Assembly: GCF_006345805.1 (NCBI RefSeq) | Contig: NW_021832222.1 | Location: 62,001-126,000, forward strand | DNA: 64,000 nt | DNA from: Octopus sinensis | Lineage: Eukaryota | Reading direction: 5' to 3' | Shown here: in pieces, positions 62,700 to 64,000 of the stretch | How positions within the stretch are numbered: the stretch's first letter is position 1 | Layout: each line of letters begins with the position of its first letter | Translations under genes and position numbers: made by a program | Notes under the pieces: model-generated | What the model saw: the letters and a program-made list of their open reading frames with translations, nothing else | The model's database searches: none | What the model was told of the DNA's origin: nothing

Positions 62700-63120
62700 A
62701 CCATCTGTTTTGGAGAAAATTCCGGACGAATTTGAGAGACGGTGTTTGCACGTTAAGCAAAAAAAGACTGAACACGTAAGAATCGCAAGGGAATCGAAAT
62801 ATATTAATGAAAGCTGGAGGAAAAAAAGGAAATTGGGATTATTACTTGGTGATAGTAGGACATGATGTACCGGAGAGTTTAGGCCTCTGCAATGTACAAG
62901 AAAATGCAAAAGATTTGGAATGGCCAAAAAAGATTCCTAACAGAAAATTATACGCTATGACAAATTATACGCTATGACCAATAAGCATCAATATTATAGA
63001 ATCAAGATGGAGGCTGTTTGGACACGTACTTAGGATGGACGTAAACATACCGTTCAGAGGAAGGCCCAGGGTCACTTTCCCTGTTGCACTAAACAAGGAT
63101 CTCAACGGAATTAGAAGAAA
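62700..63120 (+). mobile_element. Internally deleted RTE-clade fragment
   Basis: KTEHVRIARES...SWRKKRKLGLLLGD, SRWRLFGHVLRMD, FRGRPRVTFPVALNKDL; 17-bp tandem duplication at ~62946-62979. Confidence 0.7.
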
Positions 63121-63369
63121 AAATTTAAATACACTTTTAAACTTTTCTCGCGAACCGTATCCCTGTCACCTCTGATATAGACTCTAAAATAGACTTTTGT
63201 TTGGTCTTAATATTATTTTACTGCTTGTTTTGATATGAGTCAATGATTTTGATGTTTCACTTTTTAGAATTTTTATATATTTCTTGCTAGAATGTTAATT
63301 AGTTAATGAAAGTCTGGGTTACCATTACCAGTGCTATTAAAAAATACTTTGATTTCGCTATTGATTTCG

Positions 63370-63620
63370 CTTGTGTCATGTTCTTAACTTTTTCATCATT
63401 AATCTTTTCCATTCGTTTTGTTGTCTTGCTTTTCTTTTAATTTTGTCCAGATTGTCAACATCCTTCAATCGGCCCCCGATAACAGTTTTCAAATATCCTC
63501 GGATCACATTATAATTTATTCTGGTATTCACAAGCGTGGTCTTGCCTTCGTATTAAAAATCGACGTTTGAATAGACACATCTATTTTAGCTATACTTTCC
63601 ATAAACCTTCAGTATCAATA
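63370..63620 (-). mobile_element. Possible highly decayed RTE 3' end
   Basis: GKTTLVNT...GGRLKDVDNLDKIKRKARQQNEWKRLM resembles the LK...DL..LR..A.DR..W.RL terminus of the other RTE copies. Confidence 0.4.
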
Positions 63621-64000
63621 AAAATATGTATTAAGTTTTTCTGAACCCACATTATTCCAAATTGCTTGAAAGTTAGTGAGATTTTTCATTCAAGTTGTCG
63701 TTGAAAAACTATGAGAAGGTGGCATTTTTCTCCGTTGGATTTAACATTGTACTAACATCAAAAGTTTTTTAATAAATTTCTTTTATAGTCTAACAAGATG
63801 CCATAAACAATAAGAAAGGCGCCCCTTAAAATTTTACTATTAAACGTGTTTTAGTTTTTGCTCTATTTGGTCAGAAATGGCATTATATAACTAAAATATG
63901 GGACCAGTATATATGAAATCAGAATGTGAGTCTCAAAATATACAAAATTCTAATCGTGAACGTGAATACAAGTGCAGACAAAAGCAAAAGACTCAATTTG

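Noticed and set aside
1-64000. Ciliate-type genetic code (TAA/TAG = Gln) suggested by the tiny introns
   Set aside because: TAA and TAG terminate CCT7, PGAM, HADH, B9D1 and RABGGTA at the expected C-termini, and long exons lack in-frame TAR codons.

Overview
AT-rich eukaryotic genomic DNA in the standard genetic code, with no prokaryotic features, rRNA, tRNA or CRISPR array. About 17 compact host genes are split by very short GT-AG introns (mostly 22-30 nt): TLCD4-like, PNPLA2-like lipase, EB1/MAPRE, SLC46-like MFS transporter, CEP131, RABGGTA, TBC1D31, UBR1/2, CCT7, a FERM protein, PGAM, HADH, RAB11, UQCRC1-like, B9D1, MTBP-like and a small CAP-Gly-like gene. Animal-type genes, cilia/centrosome genes and tiny introns fit a highly reduced ciliated metazoan such as a dicyemid mesozoan (inference only). 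Intergenic gaps are filled with mostly broken or nested transposons: R4/Dong-like, CRE-like, RTE-like, Vingi/I-like and CR1/L2-like non-LTR elements, plus Buster and GTF2IRD2-type hAT, pogo/Tigger, Tc1/IS630 and Ginger-like DNA elements. The most unusual object is an 879-bp TGT...ACA element with ~39-bp bipartite TIRs and a 5-bp TSD. It carries an internal higher-order telomere-like array (GGTTAG GGTTTG GGTGAA)8, and a second element with the same end architecture retains an integrase remnant. All protein assignments are by motif recognition from memory; no database search was run, and gene ends are approximate where stated.
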